Positions 28,880 to 42,100 of a stretch of 64,000 nt of DNA are shown piece after piece. Numbering within the stretch: position 1 is the first letter of the stretch; each line of letters begins with the position of its first letter. The stretch covers positions 184,884,001 to 184,948,000 of the forward strand of contig OX597814.1 of NCBI GenBank assembly GCA_951406725.2, in the 5' to 3' direction. The DNA comes from Octopus vulgaris (Eukaryota). A model generated the notes under the pieces. The model had not been told where the DNA came from. It made no database searches and worked only from the letters and a program-made list of their open reading frames with translations. The translations under genes were made by a program, and so were the position numbers.

Positions 28880-29952
28880 AGGCGGTGAGCTGGCAGAAAC
28901 GTTAGCACGCCGGGCGAAATGCTAAGCGGTATTTCGTTTGCCGTTACGTTCTGAGTTCAAATTCCGCCGAAGTCGATTAAATAAGAACCAGTTACGCACT
29001 GGGATCGATATAATCGACTTAACCCCTTCGTCTGTCCTTGTTTGTTCCCTCTGTGTGTAGCCCCTTGTAGGCAGTAAAGAAATAAGAAACGTTAGCAGGC
29101 CGGGCGAAATACTTAGCAGTATTTCGTCTGCCGCTACGTTCTGAGTTCAAATTCCGCCGAAGTTGACTGCCTTTCATCCTTTCGGGGTCGATTAAATAAG
29201 TACCTGTTACACACCGGGGTCGATGTAATCGACTTCATCCGTTTGACTGTCCTTGTTTGTCCTCTCTGTGTTTAGCCCCTTGTGGGTAGTAAAGAAATAG
29301 GTATTTCGTCTGTCTTTACTTTTTGAGTTCAAACTCCGCCGAGGACGACTTTGCCTTTCATCCTTTCGGGATTGATAAATAAGTACAAGCTGCGTACTGG
29401 GGTCTATCTAATCGACTTCCCCTCCCCCAAAATTTCAGGTCTTGAGCCTAGAATAGAAAAGAATCGTCAGTATTCCGGAAAAAATGCTTAGAGGTATAGC
29501 GTCGGTCTTTACATTCTGAGTTCAAATTTCGGGGTCAATAAAATAACTACCAGTTGCACACTGGGGATTGATGTAACCGACTAACCGCCTACACCAATAT
29601 TTCAGGCCTTATGTCTAAAGTAGAAAGAAATATTTATATAGGAACAGAAGGCAGCGAGCTGGCAGTATCGTTAGCATGCCGTGCAAAATGCTTAGCGGCA
29701 TTTCGTCCGCCTTTACGTTCTGAGTTCAAATTCCACCGAGGTCGATTCTGCCTTTCATCCTTTCGGGGTCGACAAATTGCGTACCAGTTGCGTACTGGGG
29801 TCGATCTAATCGACTGGCTTCCTTCCAAAAATTTCTGACCTTTTGCCTAGAGTAGAAAAGAAATAAGTACCATTTGAACATTGAAGTCGATCTAATCGAC
29901 TTATCCCCTTCCACGGAATTGCTAGCCTTGTACCGAAATTTGAAATCAATAT
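28880..29952 (+). mobile_element. Array of about six family-B SINE units with mixed tails
   Basis: Repeated TTCTGAGTTCAAAT and CTGGGGTCGAT motifs. Confidence 0.85.
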
Positions 29953-30659
29953 ATCCTGTCTATTACACGGCATCCTTTACTCTTAAAACACAAATACATA
30001 TCAAAGTGTGCTGTATTCTCACCAGCGAGATAAATGCAAGTCTATAGTTAGAACAACAGATATTGACATTGAGGGCAGTACTGAATGGTTCTGTCGACTA
30101 GCTGCTTGCTGTATGTCTGCTCAAGCACCGTTGGTCTAGTGTTAACAACAACAACGTCAACAACAGAAGCGGCGTTCAGACAGTTGTAAAGTACACAGTG
30201 CAGACACAAATACACACGCACACATACGCATTTACAAATACAAAGACAAGCACACGTAGACAGACAAATAATCTGATACACGTATATACATTCGATACAT
30301 ATATCTCAGCTGCTCTTCACACATTTAAATTCTATAATCAGATTGTCAAATAAATAGATAGACGGTCTGTCTCTCAATGCCTCTCCTCATCTTCTTTCTG
30401 CATCCCTCTCTCTCTCTCTCTCCTACCATCTCTTCCCTACTCTCTGTCCCCCTCTCTCTCTCTCTCTCTCCTTCATTTTCTCACCTCCCTTCTCTCGTAC
30501 ACATATACATACAGAGAGGCAGGCGCAAGCGGACGCACTTTCACACATTTCAGCTGTCTAAAGTCTTCAAGACAACTGCCATCACCTAGAAACTACAGTG
30601 CAACGTTGGTTGTGTGTGGAGGAAGGAAAGAGGGCGTGGGGGAAGAAAACAGAGAAAAA

Positions 30660-30682
30660 TGATAAAGGTGGTGATGATGATA

Positions 30683-30719
<37 letters not shown>

Positions 30720-30997
30720 CGATGATGATGAAGACGACGGTGGTAATGATGATGATGATGGTGGTGATGATGATGATTATGATGAGGATGATGATGATGA
30801 CGATGATGATGAAGACGACGGTGGTAATGGTGATGGTGGTGGTGGTGATGATGAAGATGATGAGGAGGATGATGAGTAAGAACAGAGATGGGGGTGAGAA
30901 AGCGAGGTTGAGTAAAATGATATAGTTTATAAAACACAATATATATAGTAAAAATGAAGGAAAAAAGTGAAACTATAGAGAAAATGAATACGAGCAC

Positions 30998-31064
<67 letters not shown>

Positions 31065-31175
31065 TGTGTGTGTGTGTGTTGTTGTTCGGTAGAAAAATAA
31101 AATGGGAAGAAGCTAAACGGACAGAAGAATAACAACAAAATCAAAAACGCCAGAAGGAAAGAAACAAATAAAATA

Positions 31176-31246
<71 letters not shown>

Positions 31247-31350
31247 GGTGATGATGATGATGATGGGGGGGTGATGATGTTGATGATGATGACGATTACG
31301 ATGGGGAGGAGGAGGGAAAGAAGTATAGGAGGAGGAGGAGGAGGATGAAA
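30660..31350. repeat. (GAT)n, (TG)n and (GGA)n fields
   Basis: Direct inspection. Confidence 0.9.
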
Positions 31351-31773
31351 TAGATATTAAACTATGTAATTACACTTCTGTATGTCTAAGACTATACAGT
31401 GTTCGACTCTGTGCTTATAAATGTTTTGTATATTCGTAAACCATGGGACTTACTCATCTCCAAAGGAAAAATGAATTTTGATATTTTTTGTGGTGTGGGG
31501 TGGGGTGGATTTTGTGGTTATAGTCACTGTCTACAATTTTGTTCGAATTGTTTATCAAGTTACTTACTCTTTTACTTGTTTCAGTCATTTGACTGCGGCC
31601 ATGCTGGAGCACCGCCTTTAATCGAGCAAATCGATCCCAGGACTTATTCTTTATAGGCCTAGTACTTATTCTATCAGTCTCCTTTGCCGAACCGCTAAGT
31701 TACGGGGACGTAAACACACCAGCATCAGTTGTCAAGCGATGTTTGGGGGAGGGGGACAAACACAGACACATAC

Positions 31774-31809
<36 letters not shown>

Positions 31810-31960
31810 CAATTAAGGACTGAACACGAAAAAGTGGACAGTCAACATGCTAGATATAGACGTCAAATCGTCATTCTCCACAAAAAGTCTATGTTCTCAG
31901 ATCAAACTCAACACAAAACCAAAACAATAAACAAGTGAAAAATATACGAAATAAATATTT

Positions 31961-32029
31961 ACCCATGTACTAAATTCAGTTTCGGCTGTTATTTTCCGCA
32001 AGGAAAAGTGCAGCCATCATCAGCATGGT
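31961..32029 (-). ncRNA. Type I hammerhead ribozyme motif (inverted copy)
   Basis: Reverse complement of 32521-32589 within the inverted arm. Confidence 0.78.
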
Positions 32030-32520
32030 CCCATATAAAATGTAATTTGCTGTACTAAATGAATTTAGTACATGGGTAAATATTTATTTCGTATATTTTT
32101 CACTTGTTTATTGTTTTGGTTTTGTGTTGAGTTTGATCTGAGAACATAGACTTTTTGTGGAGAATGACGATTTGACGTCTATATCTAGCATGTTGACTGT
32201 CCACTTTTTCGTGTTCAGTCCTTAATTGGTATATATAAATATTTTAATCTTCGGATTCTTTCTTTAATATGCTAGACCACTGGTTCTAATTGATAAATAT
32301 CAATTTTTACCCTAAATTTAATGTTATATAAATATTTGTTCTCTAACCGATAAATTAACTGCTGCTAACTATTAGCTGCAGGCTAGTTTTCTCGGGTCTC
32401 ATCGCGCCAAAATTAGAGACATTTGAAATATATATTTCAAATGTAATAGGCCGTACTCCATGCACGCGATATTTCGGTATCGTGTTGGCATTTAGTACAG
32501 CAAATTACATTTTATATGGG

Positions 32521-32589
32521 ACCATGCTGATGATGGCTGCACTTTTCCTTGCGGAAAATAACAGCCGAAACTGAATTTAGTACATGGGT
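32521..32589 (+). ncRNA. Type I hammerhead ribozyme motif
   Basis: Stem I CCATG/CATGG; core CTGATGA plus an extra T; stem II GGCTG...CAGCC (extended by TTTTCC/GGAAAA); GAAA; stem III ACTG/TAGT; cleavage triplet GTA at 32580-32582. Confidence 0.8.
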
Positions 32590-32836
32590 AAATATTTATT
32601 TCGTATATTTTTCACTTGTTTATTGTTTTGGTTTTGTGTTGAGTTTGATCTGAGAACATAGACTTTTTGTGGAGAATGACGATTTGACGTCTATATCTAG
32701 CATGTTGACTGTCCACTTTTTCGTGTTCAGTCCTTAATTGGTATATATAAATATTTTAATCTTCGGATTCTTTCTTTAATATGCTAGACCACTGGTTCTA
32801 ATTGATAAATATCAATTTTTACCCTAAATTTAATGT

Positions 32837-32912
<76 letters not shown>

Positions 32913-33908
32913 GACGGGTTTCTTTTCAGTTTCCGTCTACCAAATCCATTCACAAGGCTTTGGTCGGCCCGAGGCTATAGTAGAAGACACTTGCCTAAGG
33001 TGCCACACAGTGGGACTAAACCCAGAACCATGTGGTTGGTAAGCAAGCTACTTACCACACAGCCACTTCTGCGCCTTAAGTTTTGTATATTAATTATGTA
33101 AATGAAATTCATTTTCCCATAATTAAAAAGTCCCTAGCCTTCAAAATTTGCAAAATTAAAGTATTTTAGCCAATCAGAACGAGTATTTTACGCATCACCA
33201 TCAAGTTGTTTGCACCACGTATTTCATAGCTGATTGCGAAGAACTTTGTTTCCATAGTAATTAAAAATACTACGCATGCGCACAAGGAGTGTAACCACCA
33301 TACTGAGTGTAATCAACAAATTGAGACTACCTGGGCATCTTTATAGTGTGAAAACAAACGCCTGTGTGGGACACACCGTTCCATGGTTGACTCTTATCTT
33401 TTTGAATTTATGTGGAGGAGATGTGAGAAAGATAATTTATTATATAAAATCCTTGAGATTTTTAAACTGATAAATGTCTGTTTTAAACAATGTTTTGACT
33501 GTTATTTCTAGCAACTCCTGTTGGTTTACTCGTAGCTTTTAAATATTTAATTTGCTCGCGAATGTTTTAATGTTTTTCACTGTTTACTTTGCTCGTGTAT
33601 ATTTTAATGCTTTGACTGTTATTTCTAGCAACTTCTGCTGGTTTGCCTGTAGCTTTTAAATATTTAATGTTTTTTACTGTTTACTGAAGCTAGCTTAATT
33701 TTTTGATATGCCGATGCCCCACTCCACCTCATCTTTCTTGTTACTGTGACAGATGATGGAAGAGGCAGCGAAAGCCTTGCTTTCTGATTGGTTGAAAATT
33801 CTGTAGGTTATCAAACTTTGAATACCTGTAATATTTTCGCAAAATTTTTCTGGAATAAATGAATAACAAATTTGTATTCAGTGTCAAAACTTACATCCAT
33901 TGTTATAA

Positions 33909-34320
33909 GCGTAGGAGTGGTTGTATGGTAAGTAGCTTGCTTACCAACCACATGGTTCCGGGTTCAGTCCCACTGCGTGGCACATTTGGCAAGTGTCTTC
34001 CACTATACCTTCGGGCTGACCAAAGCCTTGTCAGTGAGGTAGTGAGTCCGATACCCGGACCGGGCTGTGTGTTGTGTTCTTGAACAAGACACTTCATTTC
34101 ACGTTGCTCAGCTGTAGAGACGAGCTGCAACGTCATGGTGCCAAGCTGTATCGGCCTTTGCCTTTCTCTTGGATAACATCAGTGGCGTGAAGGAGGTGGC
34201 AGGTAGGCATGTGCGACTGCTGGTCTTTAATAAACAACCTTGCCTGGACTTTGAGCCTCGAAGGTGAACTTTCTAGGTGCATTCCCATGGTCATTCGTAA
34301 CCGAAGGAAGTCTTTACCCT
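33909..34320 (+). mobile_element. Chimera: family-A SINE head (33909-34035) joined to a CORE-like SINE body
   Basis: Sequence switches to CCGGACCGGGCTGTGTGTTGTGTTCTTGAACAAGACAC, matching 7705-7975 and 12697-12845. Confidence 0.7.
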
Positions 34321-35210
34321 CTACACTAACCTTCTTATAAGGAGCTTACAAAGAGTGGTTCTCATTTTTTGTACTACAGTAAACGACATTGAAAAAGTCA
34401 GAAGTTTGGTAAAAGTGTACATAAATTTCGTCCTCAAATCCACAGAGGACATCTTCCAACAAAGATTCAAATAAGATGGAAATGAAAACGGAATATTTAT
34501 TGTTTTATTCCTTGGTTCTTGGGTACATAATAAGGGAACCAAGCAAGACTGGATTGATCCATGAGGTAATGTTTTTACACCTGTATGTTTTATTTCGTTG
34601 ACAAGTACGCTCAATACCATTGCGTGTCATTTTCATTACTATATCTTTTGTAACACATGTGGTTCTCCTAATGGTCGCAACTATTTCAAGAGAGATAATC
34701 ATTTGTTTATAATATTTGACTGGATTAGAAATTTGAATATGAAATGAAGGAATTATAAAGTAAAAATGCATGGAACTGACAAATTTAATTAATTTTTTTC
34801 CTGTAATTATTACGAAGTTCTTGAAGAATATCTTGTCGCTGATAGTCATGTATCGCACGATTTCATTCATTGGAAAAATTGCCAGCATGACATATCGTGT
34901 GACTTATTAATTAGACATTTTATGAAACGAGACATTTCATTAAAGACAAAAATAATTACCGTCTGGAGGAAGTTTATGAAATGTGCGATTGTTTCTTTTT
35001 CTTCACAGAACTTTGGTAGTTAGGACTCGAAAGAGAAGAGAGAAAGTTCTTAGCGTTGACATACAGGATAATTACTGTTTCCAGGGAATATTGTCTTGTG
35101 AAAATGTCTCATAATAACTAATAATTTCAGTTTTGCCTACAAACAACATTGCAAACCGTTTTCCGATATAATCGTTGGGGGTGTAAGCATTTGTTCCAAG
35201 CTACTATTTC
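34321..35210 (-). pseudogene. Possible highly decayed hAT transposase (SPIN/GTF2IRD2-like) relic
   Basis: Weak resemblance only (EIVATIRRTT..KDI; KNITS), many disruptions. Confidence 0.25.
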
Positions 35211-35229
35211 ATAATATAACCCTTCATAT

Positions 35230-35539
35230 GTGGAGGCGCAATGGCCCAGTGGTTAGGTCAGCGGACTCGCGGTCGGAGGATCGCGGTTTCGATTCCCAGA
35301 CCGGGCGTTGTGTGTGTTTATTGAACGAAAACAACTAAAAGTTCCACGAGGCTCCGGCAGGGGATGGTGGTGGCCCCTGTTGTACTCTTTCGCTACAACT
35401 TTCCCTCACTCTCTCTTCCTGTTTCTTGAGTAACGCTGCCATGGACTGGCGTCCCGTCCAGCAGGGGGGAACACATACGCCACAGAAACCAGGAAACCGG
35501 GCCCATGAGCCTAGCTAGGCTTGAAAAGGGCGAAAAAAT
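35230..35539 (+). mobile_element. Family-C tRNA-derived SINE
   Basis: A box TGGCCCAGTGG, B box GTTTCGATTCC, TSD CCCTTCATAT. Confidence 0.9.
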
Positions 35540-36020
35540 CCCTTCATATATGTAGTGGAACAGGTATCCATTTGTAAATACAACGCCTTGACCATCGACC
35601 ACAGTCTAAAAAGATTTATGTTTTGTGTAAATTGGGCTTCAGTGTTAGAGCTACAATTTTAAGTGGCTAATAAAGGGTTAGAGAAGCTGAATAACTGTGC
35701 GGAAAGGTATGACTATTATGTCATCCAGGTATGAAGCTGTGTATATATTTGAAAAAAGCATGGGAAGATTGTCGAGGTATATGTTAAAAACTGTAGGATA
35801 GAAGATAGATATTTGTGGTTCTCAATTCAGGGCGTTGCGGATTTAAAAGGTATATTTCCTAGGCTTGTCGACCTGAGATGTAATCAGCAACCAACTTTGC
35901 GTGATTTTTCATGTAATGTATACTTTATTTATCAATGGGGAGCGGAAACACCGTTTTTCTGATGTCCATAGTTGTTAGAACAGAGTCTGTACTTATGTTT
36001 GTGTGGGATGGTTTATAATA

Positions 36021-36530
36021 CCGTAAATCCTCGAGTATAGTCCGCCCTTGAGTATAAAACACAGGGGATTTTTAGGGGGCTCTACCTCTGAAAAACCTAA
36101 ACTTTGTGTATAATATGCACCCCTTCTCTAACTTGAGTCAAGGAGGTCTATATAACGTCCTTGGTTTGTAAAACTGTATACGGTAACGTCCTTTATTATT
36201 ATTGTATATATAACATAATGCAAACGTGTAGCTTTTTTGTGCATTTTGTTTGCAGAAAATAAAGAAATAACAGTAATAACAGTAATAACGTTTAATAAAT
36301 GTTGCTTACTGCAAATTATGGATAATTCTTTTATGACTTCATTGCTTTCAGGCTTAGCTTAAGGTATTTTCGCCCGCGACATCACAAAATGCGTCTGAAT
36401 AAACATTGCCAGACAGCAAATAGAAACTCGGACATTTCTTAGAAAATAATTTTCATTTTTAACCTCGGACTAGGGATTTTGACCTTTAAATTTTTTGGGG
36501 AAAATGCTGATTATACTCGAGGATTTACGG
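36021..36530. mobile_element. MITE, Tc1/mariner (pogo/Tigger-like)
   Basis: Perfect 19-bp TIRs CCGTAAATCCTCGAGTATA, with TA duplicated on both sides. Confidence 0.9.
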
Positions 36531-36841
36531 TATTTTTATTAAGGTTTATGAGTGTAACCGTCTCTGAATCTACGCTTTGATTAAGTGAAGAAAATGTGCG
36601 ATTTAGTTATATCAAGGATGAGCATTTCTAAAACTATTTATTAGTATTAGAGTGTTAGGACCGTCTGATGCTTCTGCACTTAGATATTTGTTCGGCTTTA
36701 AAACTGTTATGATTTTGACCAGCTTCCAGATTCTCGAGATTTGGTAGTGTTAGCACGAGTTGTCAAAGTTGGCAGGTAGAGTGTTTTCTTCTGGCCTGCT
36801 AAACATATGATTATGATTTTATCACACTCTCAATGTTCCCT

Positions 36842-36887
<46 letters not shown>

Positions 36888-37762
36888 TTCCTTTGTTTCT
36901 TTCTTTCTTTTCTTTGGCTATAGTGTATCAAGTACTTCAATATCCAAATTATCTTTCAGTTTTTAGTTTGGTTACATTTCCAGCTAGTCAAATAATTACC
37001 CTAACTGTACAACTATGCTTGTGCATTTGACAAGTCCTGAAGTTTGTGACTTTGGGATTGAATATTTCATAATCCCTTATCTGGTGGAAAGGAGACGTCA
37101 AAGTCATGGTTGAGCTAGAAGGTGCGCCTTTTGCGTATTGTGTTAATTTTTGAGGCTGGTATTCCCAAAAAGAGGCCCCTATGTGGTTATTCAACCTTCT
37201 GAAAAATAACGGCCAAATCTTTTTTAAACTTTAAAAGGATCGAATATACAACAAACATCAATATAGCAAAGAGGTTCATTCCAGAAGTTATGAGGCTTTT
37301 TAGGAAAAGCATTTATAATTGTTCTGTTTATTGTAATTCGCAGGAGTGGCTGTGTGGTAAGTAGCTTTGCTAACCTCACTGACTGAAGAGTGACTTTGCT
37401 CACCGTACTACGGTTTGGACGCGTTTTCTTCCCGGTAAGAATTTTGCTGTGTTGTTAATTGTTGAATTTCTACTACTGAAAATTTGTCTTTAAACGTTGC
37501 TGAACTGTCTTGTTCTCCGGTTCTACCGGGAATAATTGGATAATTTCTTACCGTTGAACTGTTATCCATTGTGGCTTTTTATTTACGTGACTATACATAG
37601 TCCTGCCAGACTATTTTCGTGCCCCTCCCCCGAATGGGGTGAGAATTGGAATTTTTGAACTGCTTTTTTGAACTACTTTGGAAGAAAAACTTTCTATAGG
37701 TTTCCCAGTTTTGTGGGAAACCAATATTCGTAATTTTTGTGTTGTCTAATTTCAACAGAATA

Positions 37763-39165
37763 ATGCCTGTTGAAATTATCCACGAAAGTAGTGCTCTTGA
37801 GGAGAGCAATGTTAACAAATTTTCTGCGGTAGCCGCAGTGGCTACCGAGAACATTGACATTGATGTCAACCAGCTCGTCGAGCTATTTAAAAGAATGCAA
37901 GAGGAGGGTGGTGATGTTAAAATATCACCCTCCGCCAGTATCGTGGAGACCGAGAAGCGGACCGTAGTGTTTAAAACTTTCTGTCCACAAAGCAGAAGGT
38001 TCAAACACTTTGAAAAAAGCACCATCGAGAAATGCCTGTCCCCGATTTGGAAGGACATCGTGTACGTCGCCAGGGGACGGGCATATGGCACTGTGGATGT
38101 CCGCTTCTCGGGGGAAGAAATGGCCCGCGGGCATTCTGTGAACCCCCTAAAAACCAAGGAGGTGATACTTTTCCCAAGCTATAGGGGACGCAGGACGTCC
38201 CGGGTCAGGATTGTAGAAGCCCCGCCGGAAGTAGATCCGGTAAAGGTAGTGGCCGCCCTGTTATATAAAAGGGCGGACAAAATAAAAATACTAGAAGTAA
38301 CATGCTCTACCCCTCGATTTTGGCTCGGGCGTAACATTAATATATTAATTCAAGGAACAGCGGAGGACCTGCAGCTCCTTCCTGAGAGGGTGCTCGTGGG
38401 CGAGAACGTAGCCCTCAGGGTACAGGTCGAAGGCCGAAAACCCACCTGTTACGCCTGCGGCAAAAAGGGCCACATTCGTGTAAACTGTCCAGACAAGCAA
38501 AAGAAACCGCAGACACCAGGCCCCTCAGATAATAAAAACGTCCCTACCCTTGCAAACACACCTACCCCTACAAAAACAAAAAAACCCACTCCTGCTGTTA
38601 CGGTGCCAACCCCAAAACAGACTGAAGAAAAAACCCAGCCCTCGCACTCACAAACCCCTACACTATTAAAACCTCCCACCCCCTAAAAACTGCGGCGCCT
38701 ACCGAACAAACTATTGCTACCCCAGACGATACCATGGAGGTATCAGAGGGGGGATTTACACCAGTTCGTAAAAGAATTCGTGCAGCATCCCCGTCCACAT
38801 CCCCTACAAAAAATAATAAAAACAAAGACACACCACAGACACGGAAAAAAAAATCCCGCTCAACTGGCCCAGAAAAAGAAGACAAAAAAGAAAATGAACT
38901 CATATTAATTGAATTCGACACACAAGACAAATACATAAACGATATTGTGGTTCAGCATCAGTCAGCAAGACTGTACAACAAATACAAAGATCGAAATAGA
39001 CACGCGTGGATTGCGGAAACAACGTTCAAACAATTAAAAGACAGACACCCAAACGCCATCCGGCATATCGCGAACTTGCCGGACTATCTGAAGAAAGAGG
39101 AGAAAGAAGGGGCCCACAAACGTGTGGTGAGGTCGGCCCCCACCTCTCCAACGAAATGTAAGTAG
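37763..39165 (+). pseudogene. LINE ORF1 (gag-like nucleic-acid-binding protein with CX2CX4HX4C zinc knuckle), one frameshift near 38680
   Basis: ATG at 37763. CYACGKKGHIRVNC knuckle followed by a Pro/Thr/Lys-rich tract. The reading continues in another frame (PLKTAAPTEQ...MEVSEGGFTPV) across the CCCCC-TAAAAA run, ending at 39165. Confidence 0.85.
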
Positions 39166-39182
39166 AACTTTTACTTTTTGTA

Positions 39183-42100
39183 ATGGCTTCGCTTAACCTT
39201 GGTTGTTTAAATGTGCGTGGTCTGAGTTCGAAGTGGAAGCAGGCTTGTTTCCTCGACGACCTCAGATCACATGATATACATGTGATGGTTGCTACAGAGA
39301 CCAAGCTGGACAGCCTACAAACATTCTCGCCTCTCCTGAATGGCTACGAGAAGATCATGTCTCCTGGCCAGACCGGAGGGCGAGGGGGCATAGTGGTACT
39401 GATCCGTAAAGACTTGGCTCTACAGACAAATACAGTCTATGTAGACCCAGAAGGTGGGCTGGTCGTCCTTGATGTGACATACAGCAGTAAGGCCTTCAGG
39501 TTGATCGGACTCTATGCACCTTGTGCTAGAGGTTTCCAAATTGATTTTTATCGGCGCCTAGAGGGCTTTCTCGTGACGTCGAAGACTTTAGTGATATTAG
39601 GGGACTTTAATGCTATCGTTGACGTACACATCGATAGCGTTGGCTCAATCTATAGGAAAGTGAACTCACGTCTCGTGGATCTGCTTAAGCGGTTTCAGCT
39701 AGCAGATCGTTACAGACTTGACCATCTGAACGTCCCAGAGTGGACCTGGATGAGTAGCGACGGAAGGTTCAAGTCTTATCTAGACAAGGTAGTGATAAGA
39801 ACTAGAGATAAGTCTAGTTTTAGTTGTTCACAGCTCGTCCAGGTGCCCTATACTGACCATAGAATGGTCACGTGTAGACTGGACATAGATAGCACACTTA
39901 AGATAGGAACCGGCTACTGGAAGCTGAACAAGTCTATTTTGACACGCGAGGCATACCGTAGCCGGATTAAGGTGTTAGTGCAGAGGGCGTTAACCGGAGC
40001 CGTGGTTAATAACCGGTGGTGGTTCACCCTCAAAAGAGCCATTCGATTCGAGTCCATTAGATTTAGTAAACAACTAAGACTAGATAGGGCTAGAATAGAA
40101 GGGCAACTAGTTAAGAACTTAGAGGAGGCGTTGAGGTTGGGCTCTGCATCTCACATTTTAGCGGCGAGAACGGCATTAGACCGTCACCTCAAAACCAAAC
40201 ATGAGGGATGTAGAGTCCGGGCTAAAGTACGAGCATTGGGCCGTGAGGGAATTAATGTTGCCGGATGGGCCCGTACGATAGAAACACAGCGTGGAAACGA
40301 TGCCACAATTGGGTCTCTTGTTGATGAAAACAGATGCACGATCAAGAACCGGGACGAGATGTGTGAGGCACTTCACAAGCACTTTGCCGAGTTGTTCGGG
40401 AGGTGCGGGACGCTGGATCATGGTGAGGCCCTTAGGGACTTCCTGTCTGGTGGCCCGCGCCTCTCGACACGAGAGGCTGAGTGCTGTGAAGGGCCAATCA
40501 CAGCCGAGGAAGTAATCGAGGTGTTGGGCAAGTGCCCCGGGGAGAAGTCGCCGGGTCTCGATGGTCTGCCCTATGAATTTTATAGAAGTATGCCAGACTT
40601 GTTCGAGCACCTGCTGGCTAGCGTCTACGCCAACTGGCAGCAGAATGGGAGAATTCCCAAGTCTGCGAGCCGGGGGGCGGTGACGTTGATCAGGAAGGAC
40701 CCGAACAAGGGGGACGAGATAGGGAACTTCAGGCCCATAACTCTGTTAAACACAGAGTGAAAGATTCTGGCCAAGGTGCTAGCAAAAAGGTTGGTGCGGG
40801 TCGTGGACAAACTTGTCGGGGAAGCGCAAACGTGCGCTATCCCCGGCAGAACGATCCACGACAATCTCCACCTTATACGCTACTCCTTAGAGAGGGTGGG
40901 GAAGCTTTCTGGCGCAGGGGGAGCACTGGTACATTTAGACCAGTCCAAAGCATTTGATAGGGTCGACCATCGGTACCTGGCGGCGGTCCTCGGAGAGGCT
41001 GGCCTAGGCCCGACCTTTCGAGGTTGGATCGCTGCTTTGTATAGCGACATCGAGTCTGTAGTCAAGGTGAACGGTTCCTTTTCGAAGCCGTTCAGGATCG
41101 AGCGTTCAGTTCGTCAAGGGTGTCCCCTGTCCTCGCTCCTATACGTATTGGCTCTTGAGCCTTTGCTGCGGAAGTTGGAGGCACTAGGGGGCGCGCCGCA
41201 TGATCTATGGTGTGGAAGAGGAGCTACGGCGTATGCGGATGACACCTCCATCATCGTGGGAGACGAAGGCCAGCTTCCAGTGGTGGAAGAGGCCATCAAA
41301 AGCTACGAGGCGGTGGCAGGAGCAAAGGTTAACAAGGACAAGTCGGTCGGTTTGCAACTCGGCACCTGGAGGGGCAAGCCGATGCCGTCCAATAACGTCG
41401 TAGGGCGTTGGATGGAAGGTCCTGTTAAGCTGCTCGGAGTCTGGTTCGGGCCAGACCTCCAGATTGAGAAAAATTGGAGAGAGGTGGCCAACAAGGTGAC
41501 CGCTCTAACCCAGACCTGGTCTGGGCGGGCGTTATCCCTGCTAGGGAAGGCGGAGGTGGTGCAGATGTTTATAGCATCAGTAATCACCTACCGTCTGACC
41601 GTGGTGCCTTGCCCCGATTTGTGGCTGAACAAGTTGGAGAGAATCCTTTTCCGATTTTTGTGGAAAGGAGGAAAGCCACTTGTAAAGCGCTCTGTCTGCT
41701 GCCAGAAACCGCTAAAGGGTGGGCTAGGGATGCCTTGGCTGAGGATGCGAAAACTCGCGTTAAGGTTGAGGCACCTCTGGCTTTACCTGGATGGAGAGCA
41801 GGTGTGGTCGCCGCACGTCCGGTTCTACCTTCCCCAGTTAACATCCCTAACGGACATCAGTGCATGGATCAAGCGGAGACCTAAACTGAGTGAATGGCAT
41901 TTGGAGTGCCGTCAGGCGCTCCAGCTACTATCTCGGGTGGGCAACGCCGGCAACAGGAGTTCCACCACGGATTTCTATAGCGGGTTAGTGGAGATTAAGT
42001 CCGAAGACGCCTTGGGGGAGACCCTGGGCTACGATGAAAATCAGTTGGTCAACCTGTTCCGGAGGACGTTCGGGCCGGGGTCTCTGGATAATTACCAGAA

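Larger units (their letters stand above)
31803..32836 (+). mobile_element. Non-coding Penelope-like/retrozyme-like element: inverted arm plus partial tandem (512-bp period), inside the (TA)n of a family-A SINE
   Basis: 32060-32324 is repeated at 32572-32836. 31803-32061 is the reverse complement of 32489-32747. Contains a hammerhead motif. SINE halves lie at 31561-31770 and 32910-33076. Confidence 0.8.
31561..33076 (-). mobile_element. Family-A SINE hosting the hammerhead element
   Basis: Tail at 31561, head at 33076, insertion in the internal (TA)n. Confidence 0.85.

Noticed and set aside
33490-33690. About 115-bp diverged tandem duplication
   Set aside because: Ordinary local duplication with no further structure.
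35230-35305. tRNA gene candidates at SINE heads
   Set aside because: They continue into SINE bodies with tails and TSDs, and have no proper acceptor stem or terminator.
38670-38700. Programmed frameshift in ORF1, or readthrough of the ORF2 stops
   Set aside because: No canonical slippery heptamer. An indel in a C-run and point mutations are simpler explanations. A family consensus would be needed to say more.
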